Source of the DNA: an uncultured Eubacterium sp.
GTDB lineage: Bacteria; Bacillota; Clostridia; Lachnospirales; Lachnospiraceae
NCBI GenBank assembly: GCA_904420085.1
Contig: CAJFUA010000076.1
Coordinates: 27,988-91,987 of the forward strand
DNA: 64,000 nucleotides
Reading direction: 5' to 3'
Shown: one piece after another, positions 30,325 through 40,720 of the stretch
Numbering within the stretch: position 1 is the first letter of the stretch
Layout of the letters: the number at the start of each line of letters is the position of its first letter
Notes under the pieces: model-generated
Databases searched by the model: none
What the model was told of the DNA's origin: nothing
What the model saw: the letters and a program-made list of their open reading frames with translations, nothing else
Program-made: the position numbers and the translations under genes

Positions 30325-30945
30325 CTAATCATCAAACATATTGTATTCATCAAAGTACTCCGACAGCACTTTTTTTACATCACTGTAAACATATCCTTTT
30401 CCTATGAAATATCTGTATAGTTTCTCCACATCTTTTCTGTCTTTTAAATCATATCTGGATATCCTTTTCTCCATCATTTTTTTTAAGGAAGCATCATCCG
30501 CAAACTCCGCTTCTTCTAAAGCAGTATCGATTATGGATTTAGGCACTCCCTTGGTATATAAGTCCTGAAATATCTGCCTTCTGGATCTGGATGAGGACTT
30601 GTAATCAATATACATAGCTGCGTATCGATGGTCATTAATTAAATCGTACTCTGACAGATATTGGATAACCCTGTCAATAACAAAAGCAGGATAATATCCT
30701 GATTTTAATTTGTCTGTTATCTGCTTTTCTGTTTTATAAGCTCTGTCAAGAATGTAAAGAGCCCTCTCACGGGCTCTTTTGTAAAGTATTTCTGTAATTT
30801 CTTTATATGTGCTTTCATTCAGACATATTCCTTCCTGAATTTGAAACTTTCGCACTTCTCCTTTGTACAGCAAAAAATCAATATCATTTTCCAGATATAC
30901 ATGCCATCTGTTTCCTTTTGGCTCCAGTTTCACTACCGTAAACAT
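30325..30945 (-). CDS. recX: Regulatory protein RecX
   Basis: RARERALYIL, TEKQI, LINDHRYA, KGY motifs; follows recA; true start MFTVVK at 30945. Confidence 0.9.
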   Translation of the reverse strand: MFTVVKLEPKGNRWHVYLENDIDFLLYKGEVRKFQIQEGICLNESTYKEITEILYKRARERALYILDRAYKTEKQITDKLKSGYYPAFVIDRVIQYLSEYDLINDHRYAAMYIDYKSSSRSRRQIFQDLYTKGVPKSIIDTALEEAEFADDASLKKMMEKRISRYDLKDRKDVEKLYRYFIGKGYVYSDVKKVLSEYFDEYNMFDD

Positions 30946-30946
30946 A

Positions 30947-31984
30947 TTATTCCTTCTCTGATGTTGCTTCATCATCTTCACTGCTCTCATCGTCTTTGAT
31001 ATAAAATGCTCTGACCTTTTCTTCCACTTCTTCCATAATGGCAGGATTTTCCATAAAATACTTCTTGGCATTTTCACGTCCCTGACCGATTTTTGTACCA
31101 TTATAGGCATACCATGAACCGCTTTTTATTACAACCCCGCAATTAGCCGCCAAATCAAGAATATCTCCTTCTTTTGAGATACCTTTACCAAACATAATAT
31201 CAAATTCTGCTTCTTTAAATGGTGGCGCAATTTTATTTTTTACCACTTTAACTCTTGCCCTGTTTCCAACCATTTCTCCACCGGTTTTTAATGTTTCCAC
31301 TCTTCTGACATCCAGACGCACAGAAGCGTAAAACTTTAAGGCACGACCACCGGTAGTCGTTTCAGGACTCCCGAACATAACACCGATTTTCTCCCGCAGC
31401 TGGTTAATAAACACGACGGTACATCCGGTCTTATTCATAATACCGGTTAGTTTTCTGAGAGCCTGTGACATCAGTCTGGCATGCTGACCCACGTGGGACT
31501 CTCCCATATCTCCATCGATTTCTGACTTTGGAACCAATGCCGCAACCGAATCCACGATAATAATGTCCACTGCACCGGAACGTACCATGGTCTCCGTGAT
31601 TTCCAGTGCCTGTTCTCCGTAATCCGGCTGTGAAATATATAAATTATCGATATCAACACCGATGGCCTTTGCATAAACCGGATCTAATGCATGTTCCGCA
31701 TCAATGAATCCTGCCACACCGCCTCTTTTCTGTGTCTCCGCTATCATATGTAAGGCTACCGTAGTCTTACCACTGGACTCAGGTCCGTATATTTCCACAA
31801 CTCTTCCTCTTGGAATACCTCCTAAACCAAGAGCTAAGTCAAGACTTAACGAACCGGTAGGAATGGTCTCCACATTGATTTTATTTCCGGAATCTCCCAA
31901 TTTCATAATTGCGCCCTTACCGTGCTGTTTTTCAATCTGTGATATGGCCGCATCTAATGCTTTTAATCTGTCTTCTTTATTCAT
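30947..31984 (-). CDS. recA: Recombinase RecA
   Basis: [43 protein letters not shown]. Confidence 0.99.
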   Translation of the reverse strand: MNKEDRLKALDAAISQIEKQHGKGAIMKLGDSGNKINVETIPTGSLSLDLALGLGGIPRGRVVEIYGPESSGKTTVALHMIAETQKRGGVAGFIDAEHALDPVYAKAIGVDIDNLYISQPDYGEQALEITETMVRSGAVDIIIVDSVAALVPKSEIDGDMGESHVGQHARLMSQALRKLTGIMNKTGCTVVFINQLREKIGVMFGSPETTTGGRALKFYASVRLDVRRVETLKTGGEMVGNRARVKVVKNKIAPPFKEAEFDIMFGKGISKEGDILDLAANCGVVIKSGSWYAYNGTKIGQGRENAKKYFMENPAIMEEVEEKVRAFYIKDDESSEDDEATSEKE

Positions 31985-32002
31985 AATACTTTCCTTTCTG
32001 TT

Positions 32003-32016
32003 CGAACTTATGTTCG
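32003..32016. promoter_or_regulatory. LexA/SOS (Cheo) box upstream of recA
   Basis: CGAACTTATGTTCG matches the Firmicute CGAAC-N4-GTTCG consensus; sits between promoter and RBS. Confidence 0.9.
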
Positions 32017-32025
32017 TATGATGAT

Positions 32026-32054
32026 ATCATAATACATTCTAATCTTTGTGTCAA
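32026..32054 (-). promoter_or_regulatory. Sigma-A promoter of recA
   Basis: TTGACA-17 bp-TATGAT on the minus strand. Confidence 0.75.
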
Positions 32055-32167
32055 CAATTATTTTCGATATTTATTATATTATTTATTCATTCAATATGCA
32101 ACCATTCTTTTCTGTTTCGTATTGAACCCGTCACTTTGCTTTACCTGATTCTTGAGGGACTTTTTAC

Positions 32168-32200
32168 AAAAAGAATCAGGTACAGAAAATCTGCACCTGA
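32168..32200 (-). terminator. Intrinsic terminator after the aminotransferase gene
   Basis: Minus strand TCAGGTGCAGA-TTT-TCTGTACCTGA-TTCTTTTT. Confidence 0.7.
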
Positions 32201-32242
32201 TATGATTTAATTTTGGATTATTTCCCTATAAAGTCTGCTTTC

Positions 32243-33526
32243 TTATGCCTCCAGCATTTTTTCTATGGCTGCAATCTTAACGCAGACAATTAGAATCCTG
32301 CTGGCCTTTGTCAGTTCTTCCGGTGTTGCATACGTTGGAGCAATTCGGATATTCTTATCATCCGGATCCTTTCCGTAAGGGAACGGTGCTCCGGCACCTG
32401 TCAGTACCATTCCCACATCTTTACACATTGCTACTACTTTCTTTGCACAGCCTTCCATAATATCCAAAGAGATAAAATATCCGCCTAATGGGTTGGTCCA
32501 CTGACCGATTCCGGTAGGTTTTAATTCTGATTCCAGCATGTCAATGACCGCCTGAAATTTCGGGCGCATTAATTCTGCGTGTTTCATCATATGTGCTTTG
32601 ACTTCATCAAAATCATTGAAGAATTTCACGTGTCTTAACTGATTGATTTTATCATATCCGATAGTCTGAATCGACATCTGTTTTTTTATGGAGTCAATGT
32701 TTGCTTTTGATGTGGCCATTGCCGCTACGCCTGCACCTGAAAAAGTAATCTTTGATGTAGATGCAAACTCATATACCATATCCGGATTTCCTGCTTTTTC
32801 ACATTCGGCAATAATATCCAATATTTCATCCTGCTTATCTGCATATAAATGATGTACCGCATAGGCGTTATCCCAGTAGATTCTGAAATCTTCCGCCTTT
32901 GGTTTTAGGGCTGCCATCCGCTTTACAACCTCATCCGAATAAGAAATACCTGTCGGGTTAGAATACTTTGGAACACACCAGATACCCTTAATCGCCTCAT
33001 CTTCTGCCACCAGTTTTTCTACCATATCCATATCCGGACCGTTCTCGTCCATAGGAACATTTATCATCTCTATTCCAAAATGTTCTGTGATGGCAAAATG
33101 TCTGTCATATCCCGGAACCGGGCAGAGCCATTTAACTTTTTCTAATTTGCACCAAGGTGTATGACCTAATACGCCATGGGTATAAGAACGGGATATTGCA
33201 TCATACATAATACTTAAACTTGCATTTCCGTAGACAATCACGTTATCCATAGAGGTTCCCATAATTGCCGCCATCATCTTTTTGGATTCCGGAATTCCAT
33301 CTAATACACCATAATTTCTACAGTCAAAACCATCCGTTGAAATCATATCAGACTTACTGTTTAATACATCCAGCAGTCCCATGGAAAGTTCTAACTGATC
33401 CGGTCCCGGCTTTCCTCTTGACATATCAAGATTCACATTTTCCTGACGGAATTGTTCATAATCTTTTTTTAATGATTCCAGTTCTTTTTTCAGTTCTTCC
33501 CTGTTCATTTCCTTGTACGCTAACAT
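32243..33526 (-). CDS. PLP-dependent aminotransferase (class I/II, aspartate aminotransferase-like)
   Basis: LDMSRGKP, PGYDRHF, VPKYSNPTG, WDNAY, STSKIT (PLP lysine), IRIAPT. Confidence 0.88.
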   Translation of the reverse strand: MLAYKEMNREELKKELESLKKDYEQFRQENVNLDMSRGKPGPDQLELSMGLLDVLNSKSDMISTDGFDCRNYGVLDGIPESKKMMAAIMGTSMDNVIVYGNASLSIMYDAISRSYTHGVLGHTPWCKLEKVKWLCPVPGYDRHFAITEHFGIEMINVPMDENGPDMDMVEKLVAEDEAIKGIWCVPKYSNPTGISYSDEVVKRMAALKPKAEDFRIYWDNAYAVHHLYADKQDEILDIIAECEKAGNPDMVYEFASTSKITFSGAGVAAMATSKANIDSIKKQMSIQTIGYDKINQLRHVKFFNDFDEVKAHMMKHAELMRPKFQAVIDMLESELKPTGIGQWTNPLGGYFISLDIMEGCAKKVVAMCKDVGMVLTGAGAPFPYGKDPDDKNIRIAPTYATPEELTKASRILIVCVKIAAIEKMLEA

Positions 33527-33543
33527 TGTTTCTCCTCCTAAAA

Positions 33544-34080
33544 TTAGTTTTTTAGTACCTTTATATTCTTGCTGATATATTCAATCATGGAAATAATTGT
33601 TAATGCAAGAGATATCCATATTAAAACCCATCCTATAACATCCAATATTTCATTCATAAGAGGAATATTAATAATGAGTACTACAATCATCATCATTGAA
33701 AATGCTGTTTTAAACTTGCCCCACCATCCGGCGGCAAGCACAATTCCCTGATCGGCAGCCAAAATCCGAAATCCGCTGATAAACAGTTCACGACTGATAA
33801 TTATAATTACAATCCACGCCGGAATCATGTCCGGTGTTAAACATATCAGCGCTGCACTAACCAATAACTTATCTGCCAGAGGATCCATAAATTTTCCAAA
33901 ATTTGTAATTAAATTCCGTTTTCTGGCAATCTTGCCATCCAGCAGATCCGTAAAACTTGCAATAATAAAAATAGCAAGAGCTATGTAATAATTATACGGA
34001 ATGGCTGTAATCATCATTGCTGCCACAAAAACCGGTATACAAAACACTCTGAAAACCGTAAGTTTATTTGCTAAATTCAT
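33544..34080 (-). CDS. pgsA: CDP-diacylglycerol--glycerol-3-phosphate 3-phosphatidyltransferase
   Basis: NKLT, TDLLDGKIARK...FGKFMDPLADK, GKFKT. Confidence 0.96.
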   Translation of the reverse strand: MNLANKLTVFRVFCIPVFVAAMMITAIPYNYYIALAIFIIASFTDLLDGKIARKRNLITNFGKFMDPLADKLLVSAALICLTPDMIPAWIVIIIISRELFISGFRILAADQGIVLAAGWWGKFKTAFSMMMIVVLIINIPLMNEILDVIGWVLIWISLALTIISMIEYISKNIKVLKN

Positions 34081-34089
34081 ATTTCCTCC

Positions 34090-35421
34090 CTACCGGTTAC
34101 TTATTTCACCTATTAAATCATAATCATTTGTTCCGGTCACTTTTACTTTCACAAAATCACCTGTCATCAGTTCTTCATCTGTTATAATGAATATGTTGCT
34201 GTCAACACCCGGAGCATCCATATAAGTCCGCGCCAGATAAGCATGTTCTCCTGAAATTTTTCCTTCAATCATAGCCACATAGGTCTTTCCGATATGTCTT
34301 TTTGAAATATCAAAAACAATGTCCTGCTGAAGTTCCATGATTTCATTTCTTCTGGAAACTTTCAGTTCTTCCTCTATCTGATCCGGCATGTCGGCTGCCG
34401 CTGTATTTTCTTCCATAGAATAAGTAAAAACCCCCAGCCTGTCAAATTCCATTTCATTGACGAAATCCATCAATATTTCATGGTCTTCTGCCGTTTCTCC
34501 CGGAAATCCGGTAATCAGTGTGGTACGGAGAATGATGTCCGGAACTTTTTTTCGCAGTTTTTGAATAATATCCCTTAACTGGCGGTTATCTGTTTTTCTT
34601 CCCATGCGTTTTAATATATGATCACTGGCATGTTGAATTGGGATATCCAGATAATGACATATTTTCTTTTCTTCTGCAATGGTATCTATCAGTTCGTCAT
34701 AGATTTCTTCCGGATAACAATATAAAATTCTAATCCATTGAATCCCCTCTATTCGTGCCAACTTTTTTAAAAGAATATGGAGTGACTTTTCTCCATAAAT
34801 GTCTTTTCCATACATGGTGGTCTCCTGCGCCACTAAAATCAGTTCCTTAATCCCCCGCTCTGCCAGTCCTTCTGCCTCTTTTATCAGCGTCTCCATGTCT
34901 ACACTTCGATAACTGCCTCTGATTTTCGGTATAATGCAGTAGGTACAGTGTTTATCGCAGCCTTCCGCTATTTTGAGGTAAGCAGAGTTTCCGAAAGTAG
35001 AAAGATTTCTAGGTGCATCCACACCGGACAACTTATTTATATCTTCAATGAATTGTACTTTTTCTTTTTTTTCAAAAAAGCAGTCTAATGCCCGGGCAAT
35101 TTCATCAATGGCTGTTGTTCCGATGCAGATGTCAATCTCCGGTATCTCCGTCTTTATTTCCTTATAATATCTCTGGGCAAGACATCCTGCCAGAACCAGT
35201 GCCTTACAATTACCATGTTCTTTATATACTGCCATCTCAAAAATTGTATGGATGCTTTCTTCTTTGGCATCATGAATAAAGCAGCAGCTATTAATAATAA
35301 TAACATCTGCTTCCATTTCATCTTGCGTAAATTCATGTCCGGCATTTGACAAAATGCCGGACATATGTTCCGAATCTACTAAGTTTTTATCGCATCCTAA
35401 CGAAATAAAAAGTACCTTCAA
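34090..35421 (-). CDS. rimO: Ribosomal protein S12 methylthiotransferase
   Basis: SLGCDKNLVDSE, CxxxCxxC (CDKHCTYC), TRAM domain with DAPGVD; TTG start behind GAGGAG. Confidence 0.95.
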   Translation of the reverse strand: MKVLFISLGCDKNLVDSEHMSGILSNAGHEFTQDEMEADVIIINSCCFIHDAKEESIHTIFEMAVYKEHGNCKALVLAGCLAQRYYKEIKTEIPEIDICIGTTAIDEIARALDCFFEKKEKVQFIEDINKLSGVDAPRNLSTFGNSAYLKIAEGCDKHCTYCIIPKIRGSYRSVDMETLIKEAEGLAERGIKELILVAQETTMYGKDIYGEKSLHILLKKLARIEGIQWIRILYCYPEEIYDELIDTIAEEKKICHYLDIPIQHASDHILKRMGRKTDNRQLRDIIQKLRKKVPDIILRTTLITGFPGETAEDHEILMDFVNEMEFDRLGVFTYSMEENTAAADMPDQIEEELKVSRRNEIMELQQDIVFDISKRHIGKTYVAMIEGKISGEHAYLARTYMDAPGVDSNIFIITDEELMTGDFVKVKVTGTNDYDLIGEISNR

Positions 35422-35514
35422 AATATCTCCTCAACACTTCCGTGTTCTGAACGTTTATTAGACAGCAAAGCTGTATCGGATGAATAACATAAGAAAAAAG
35501 TGCCCTGTGACACT

Positions 35515-35763
35515 TTATTCATCTTCCTCATCTTCCCCTAAAATTCTGATTTTAGACTCGCATAACTCTTCTACTGCGATAGATAAAGGTTTCATTCCTT
35601 CTGTATTTTTGCTAAGTAACGGTTCGTCACCGGCAATGATCTGTCTTGCTCTCTTGGATGTTGCCATAACAATGGAATATCTGCTCTGCACTACCGGCTG
35701 TTCTCCGTCTTCCACCTCACTGTTGGCAACTGCCATTAAATCTGAATATGATGGATGTAACAT
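35515..35763 (-). CDS. rpoZ: RNA polymerase omega subunit
   Basis: MLHPSY, SRYSIVMATSKRARQ, KPLSIAVEE. Confidence 0.95.
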   Translation of the reverse strand: MLHPSYSDLMAVANSEVEDGEQPVVQSRYSIVMATSKRARQIIAGDEPLLSKNTEGMKPLSIAVEELCESKIRILGEDEEDE

Positions 35764-35765
35764 GT

Positions 35766-36392
35766 TTATTCTCCTTTCGCAAATTCCAGAATCTCGTTTT
35801 TAATCTGATTGACAAAATCCATATCCAAAGATTCCGGATGATTGTTATTTTTTATATGTTCAATGTGTTCTGCACATTTTTCCACTTCGTCATTTAATAC
35901 GTAATAATCGTATTTTTCCATATTGTTCGTCTCTTCTGCCGCCTTCTTTAATCTTTCTGCGATTACTTCTTCCGTCTCTGTCTGACGGCCTGTCAGCCTG
36001 TTTTTTAATTCGACCGCGCTTGGCGGTAATATAAAAATCAAAACCGCATCAGGCATATTTGCTTTTACCTGAAGCGCTCCTTTGGTCTCAATTTCTAAAA
36101 TAACATCGTTTCCTTTTTTCAGATTTTCCTCCACAAAATCTTTCGGAGTTCCATAATAATGATCCACATATCCCGCATATTCCAGTAATCTGCCTTCCTG
36201 AATCATTTTTTCAAATTCTTCATTAGAAATATAATGATAATGAATTCCCGGTATTTCATTTTCTCTTGGGGATCTGGTAGTCACTGAAACGGATACTTTA
36301 TAATTATCTCTGTGTTCTTTTAAATAATTGACAACCGTGCCTTTTCCTACTCCCGAAAAACCGGAAATGACTAATAACTTACCTTTTTTCAT
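35766..36392 (-). CDS. gmk: Guanylate kinase
   Basis: SGFSGVGKGT, TTRSPR, YYGTP, ILPPS. Confidence 0.96.
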   Translation of the reverse strand: MKKGKLLVISGFSGVGKGTVVNYLKEHRDNYKVSVSVTTRSPRENEIPGIHYHYISNEEFEKMIQEGRLLEYAGYVDHYYGTPKDFVEENLKKGNDVILEIETKGALQVKANMPDAVLIFILPPSAVELKNRLTGRQTETEEVIAERLKKAAEETNNMEKYDYYVLNDEVEKCAEHIEHIKNNNHPESLDMDFVNQIKNEILEFAKGE

Positions 36393-36417
36393 AACGCATC
36401 ACTCTTTATTTATTATT

Positions 36418-37296
36418 TTATTCAATATTTTGAATCTGTTCTCTTACTTTCTCAATGTCAGTTTTCAAAACAATAGCACGCTCTGAAATCTCCGGATCTG
36501 TGGTTTTCGATAAGGTTGTATTCGCCTCCCGGTTCATCTCCTGCGCAATGAAATCAAGTCTTCTGCCGATGGTGCCGCCTTTCTCTAAGTCGTTCCTCAT
36601 CGCCTGAATATGACTGTTCAGTCTGACCAGTTCCTCATCTACACACACCTTGTCGGCAAACATGGTTACTTCCTGTGCAATTCTTGCCTCATCAATCTGA
36701 CTGTCATCCAGCAGTTCATGGATTCTGTCGGTTATTTTTTCTTTGTATTCTGTAATAATAATCGGCGATTTTGTTTGAATGAAAGCAACATTTTCCAGCA
36801 TGGAATCTAATTTACCAAGTAAATCTGTTTTTAATCTGCCCCCTTCTTCACATCTGGTCTCAATCAGTTTTTCCGCCGCACCGCCAATGGCTCTGACAAC
36901 CAGACTTTCTATGATTTCCTCATCATCCTGACCGCTCTCAATGGTAACCACGTCAGGACTGCGCATAATATGACTGGCCTTCACGTCATTTTCCACGCCA
37001 AGTTCATTACTGATCTGCTTATAGCATTCATAATATTCCTTTGCCAATATGGAATTGTAACGAATACAGGAATCTCCCTCTCCCAGATTTTCGTATGTTA
37101 TAAAGACGTCCACTTTTCCCCGGTCTACATACCGTTTCATTTCTGTCCTTACAGTACCTTCAAGGAAATTTAATTTTCTTGGCAACTTAATGCCTAATTC
37201 CAAATATCTGTGATTGACAGATTTCATTTCGACGGTTACTTTTCTGTCCGCCGATAAAACTTCGTATCTGCCAAATCCTGTCATACTTCGCAGCAT
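36418..37296 (-). CDS. yloC: YicC/YloC family endoribonuclease
   Basis: SMTGFG, SVNHRYL, RGKV, QEMNREANT, REQIQNIE. Confidence 0.93.
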   Translation of the reverse strand: MLRSMTGFGRYEVLSADRKVTVEMKSVNHRYLELGIKLPRKLNFLEGTVRTEMKRYVDRGKVDVFITYENLGEGDSCIRYNSILAKEYYECYKQISNELGVENDVKASHIMRSPDVVTIESGQDDEEIIESLVVRAIGGAAEKLIETRCEEGGRLKTDLLGKLDSMLENVAFIQTKSPIIITEYKEKITDRIHELLDDSQIDEARIAQEVTMFADKVCVDEELVRLNSHIQAMRNDLEKGGTIGRRLDFIAQEMNREANTTLSKTTDPEISERAIVLKTDIEKVREQIQNIE

Positions 37297-37338
37297 GGAT
37301 GCCTCCTAGGAATACTATATTTGTCCACAGTTCATCTT

Positions 37339-37398
37339 ATTATAATTCATATCAGGCATACCGTCAAGGTTGACTTAAACTTTAAATAATAATAAAAT
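37339..37398. promoter_or_regulatory. Back-to-back divergent sigma-A promoters (yloC on minus, rqcH on plus)
   Basis: Minus: TTGACG(37367-62)-17-TATAAT(37344-39); plus: TTGACT(37370-75)-17-TAAAAT(37393-98). Confidence 0.65.
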
Positions 37399-37455
37399 GT
37401 AACCGTTCATTCGCAAAATGCAGAATGTTTAAAGTAATATAAAGGAGCTTTCTCT

Positions 37456-39195
37456 ATGGCTTTTGACGGAGTAACAGTTGCCGCTCTGGTGGCTGAATTA
37501 AATGAAAAATTACAAAACGGACGTTTATATAAAATTGCCCAGACGGAAACGGACGAATTAATGCTTACCATAAAATCTGACAGAAAACAATACCGACTGC
37601 TGATAAGCGCAAACGCCAGCCTTCCGCTCATTTATCTGACGGAAACAAACAAAAATGCGCCTCTTACGGCACCGAATTTCTGTATGCTGCTCAGAAAACA
37701 TCTGAATAACGGACGTATCCTTTCCATTACCCAGCCGGGATTGGAACGTATCGTCGACTTTGAAATTCAGCATTTAGATGAACTTGGAGACATAAAAACA
37801 AAACATCTGATGGTGGAACTGATGGGAAAACACAGCAATATTATTTTCGTGGACAACGATACCATTTTAGACAGCATTAAGCACGTAAACTCCATTATGA
37901 GTTCGGTCCGGCAGGTTCTGCCGGGTAAAGAATATTTTATACCGGACACCATGGGAAAGAAAAATCCGCTGACAGTGGAAAAGGAAGATTTTTTTGATAT
38001 TGTTTTCTCGAAACCAATGTCTCTTGCAAAAGCAATTTACACTTCCTTTACAGGTATCAGTCCTGTCATTGCGGAAAATATCTGCTATGAAGCCGGATTT
38101 GATTCATCTCTTCCCGCCAACACATTAGAACACGGAAATCAGAATATCATCTGGATGAATTTCTATCAGTTCATCAATCAGGTAAAAAGAAGTTCTTTTT
38201 ACCCGGTAATTTATGAAAAAGACGGAAAACCGGAAGATTTTTCCGCCCTTCATCTTTCCATCTATCCTGACTGCAACGCTGTAGGTTATACCAGCATCAG
38301 TCAGTTATTGGAAACTTATTATTCTAAAAAAAATCAATATACCCGCATGAGGCAGAAATCCGTAGATTTAAGAAAAATCGTCTCCACTGCTTTGGAACGG
38401 GATAATAAAAAATATCAGCTTCAGTTAAAGCAGTTAAAGGATACGGAAAAGAAAGACAAATATAAAGTTTACGGAGAACTTCTTACTACTTACGGTTATT
38501 CCATAGAACCGGGAACAAAAGAATTTGAGACCATCGATTTTTATACGGGAAATCCTGTGAAAATTCCACTGGATGTCACATTGACTCCCATTGACAACGC
38601 AAAAAAATATTTTGAAAAATACGCCAAACTGAAACGGACTTATGAAGCACTGACGGGTATTATTAAAGAGACGAAAAATTCCATTACATATTTGGAATCC
38701 ATTCATGTGGCCATCGATATGGCAAATCGTGAAGAGGATTTAAAAGCGATTCATAAAGAATTAGTACAGACCGGTTATATTAAAAAGAAAGGACATCAAA
38801 AGAATAAAAACGATAAAGGCATCAGCAAACCACTCCACTACATATCTTCTGACGGCTTTCATATGTATGTGGGGAAAAATAATCTGCAAAACGAAGAACT
38901 GACTTTCAAGATGGCAACCGGTAATGACTGGTGGTTCCACAGCAAGTCTTTTCCCGGTTCTCATGTCATCGTAAAGTCAAATAATGAAGAACTTCCGGAT
39001 GCCACTTTCGAGGAAGCAGCCAAACTGGCGGCCCATTATTCCAAGGCTTCCCATCAGGATAAAGTGGAAATCGACTACGTACAGAGAAAACATGTAAAGA
39101 AAGTAGCCGGAGCCATGCCCGGATTTGTCATCTATCATACCAATTACTCTATGATGGCAGATACGGATATCACAGGAATCCATGAAATACAATAA
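37456..39195 (+). CDS. rqcH: NFACT/Rqc2 family ribosome quality control protein (FbpA-like)
   Basis: MAFDG, FCMLLRKHL, ELMGKHSNII, NAKKYF, GKNNLQNEELT, WFH..PGSHV. Confidence 0.93.
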   Translation: MAFDGVTVAALVAELNEKLQNGRLYKIAQTETDELMLTIKSDRKQYRLLISANASLPLIYLTETNKNAPLTAPNFCMLLRKHLNNGRILSITQPGLERIVDFEIQHLDELGDIKTKHLMVELMGKHSNIIFVDNDTILDSIKHVNSIMSSVRQVLPGKEYFIPDTMGKKNPLTVEKEDFFDIVFSKPMSLAKAIYTSFTGISPVIAENICYEAGFDSSLPANTLEHGNQNIIWMNFYQFINQVKRSSFYPVIYEKDGKPEDFSALHLSIYPDCNAVGYTSISQLLETYYSKKNQYTRMRQKSVDLRKIVSTALERDNKKYQLQLKQLKDTEKKDKYKVYGELLTTYGYSIEPGTKEFETIDFYTGNPVKIPLDVTLTPIDNAKKYFEKYAKLKRTYEALTGIIKETKNSITYLESIHVAIDMANREEDLKAIHKELVQTGYIKKKGHQKNKNDKGISKPLHYISSDGFHMYVGKNNLQNEELTFKMATGNDWWFHSKSFPGSHVIVKSNNEELPDATFEEAAKLAAHYSKASHQDKVEIDYVQRKHVKKVAGAMPGFVIYHTNYSMMADTDITGIHEIQ

Positions 39196-39198
39196 AAG

Positions 39199-39236
39199 AA
39201 AAACAGGCTGTGATTGTTGCATCACAGCCTGTTTTT
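39199..39236. terminator. Bidirectional terminator between rqcH and glgA
   Basis: AAAAACAGGCTGTGAT-loop-ATCACAGCCTGTTTTT. Confidence 0.85.
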
Positions 39237-39242
39237 AGCTTT

Positions 39243-40682
39243 TTATAATAAATCATTATATAACTGCTGGTATTTCTCTGCGGATGCCTTCCATGAAAAG
39301 TCAACATCCATAGCCCTCTCTACCATTTTATTCCAATCTCGTTTTTTGTCATAAAAGATACGTTCCGCATATCGGATTGTTCCCAGCATCTCATGGGCAT
39401 TGTAATTGGCAAAGGAAAATCCGGTACCTGTATTTTCATATTCGTTATAAGGCTGTACCGTGTCTTTCAAACCACCTGTCTCACGGACAATCGGTAACGT
39501 ACCATATCTTAAACTCATCAACTGGCTCAGACCACAAGGTTCAAACAAGGACGGCATAAGGAAGGTATCACATGCCGCATAGATTTTGTGTGATAACTCC
39601 TCGGAATAGTAAATATTGGCAGATACCGCATTGCCATATTTCCAATCAAAATGGCGGAACATGTTCTCATAGCGTTCCTCCCCGGTTCCCAGAACAACAA
39701 ACTGAATGGCATCCTGACACAATTCATCCATTACATAGGCAATCAGATCCAGTCCTTTTTGATCCGTAAGACGACTTACCAGACCAATCATCATCACTTT
39801 CGGATTTACTTCTAAGCCAAGTTCTTTCTGAAGCGCCGTTTTATTTTTTACTTTTTCTTTCCTAAAAGTTTCCTTTGAAAAATTATTTGCAATGTATTTA
39901 TCTGTCGACGGATTGTACTCATCATAATCGATACCGTTTACAATGCCCCGCAGACAATTGGACCGTGCACGCATTAGTCCATCCAATCCCTCGCCGTAAA
40001 ATGGAGTCTTAATTTCCTCAGCGTATGTATCGCTTACGGTGGTAACCATATCTGCATATACAATTCCGCCTTTTAAATAATTGCCATCGTCATAATCACG
40101 CAGTTTGTCCGGCGTAAAGTAATAATCGGAAAGACCTGCAATATCTTTAATAGTATCTACGTCCCAGACACCTTGAAATTTCAAATTGTGAATCGTCATA
40201 ATAGACTTGATGCCGTGATAAAATTCTCCATAAGAGAAACTGTCCTTTAAATAAACAGGAATCAAACCAGTCTGCCAGTCATGACAATGAATAATGTCCG
40301 GTCTGAAATCGATAATTGGCAGCGCCGACAATACGGCTCTGGAGAAAAATGCAAACTTCTCTAAGTCATATCGGATGTCACTGTAAGGTTTTGGACCGGC
40401 AAAATAATACTCATTGTCAATAAAGTAAAATTTTACGCCCTCATATTCCATCTCTAAAATTCCCACATACTGCCTTCTCCAACATAAGTCCATATAAAAA
40501 TGGTTTACGTAACGCATCTGGTTTTTCCATTTTTCATCCATACACATATATTTAGGAATCATGACTCTCACATCATATTCCTTTTTATCAAAACATTTTG
40601 GCAGGGAACCTACAACGTCTGCCAATCCTCCTGTTTTAATAAAAGGTACACATTCTGATGCTGCAAATAAAATTTTCTTCAT
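39243..40682 (-). CDS. glgA: Glycogen synthase
   Basis: KTGGLADV, HCHDWQ, TIHNL, SRLTDQKG, EPCGLSQL, TGGLKDT. Confidence 0.97.
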   Translation of the reverse strand: MKKILFAASECVPFIKTGGLADVVGSLPKCFDKKEYDVRVMIPKYMCMDEKWKNQMRYVNHFYMDLCWRRQYVGILEMEYEGVKFYFIDNEYYFAGPKPYSDIRYDLEKFAFFSRAVLSALPIIDFRPDIIHCHDWQTGLIPVYLKDSFSYGEFYHGIKSIMTIHNLKFQGVWDVDTIKDIAGLSDYYFTPDKLRDYDDGNYLKGGIVYADMVTTVSDTYAEEIKTPFYGEGLDGLMRARSNCLRGIVNGIDYDEYNPSTDKYIANNFSKETFRKEKVKNKTALQKELGLEVNPKVMMIGLVSRLTDQKGLDLIAYVMDELCQDAIQFVVLGTGEERYENMFRHFDWKYGNAVSANIYYSEELSHKIYAACDTFLMPSLFEPCGLSQLMSLRYGTLPIVRETGGLKDTVQPYNEYENTGTGFSFANYNAHEMLGTIRYAERIFYDKKRDWNKMVERAMDVDFSWKASAEKYQQLYNDLL

Positions 40683-40720
40683 ATCTTTTTCCTCCAGATT
40701 TCATTCTTATGTATTTTAAT

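Noticed and set aside
35422-35514. Riboswitch in the rimO leader
   Set aside because: Only small hairpins plus the rpoZ terminator; no recognisable aptamer consensus
37321-37329. DnaA box (TTGTCCACA)
   Set aside because: Single one-mismatch site with no cluster or origin context
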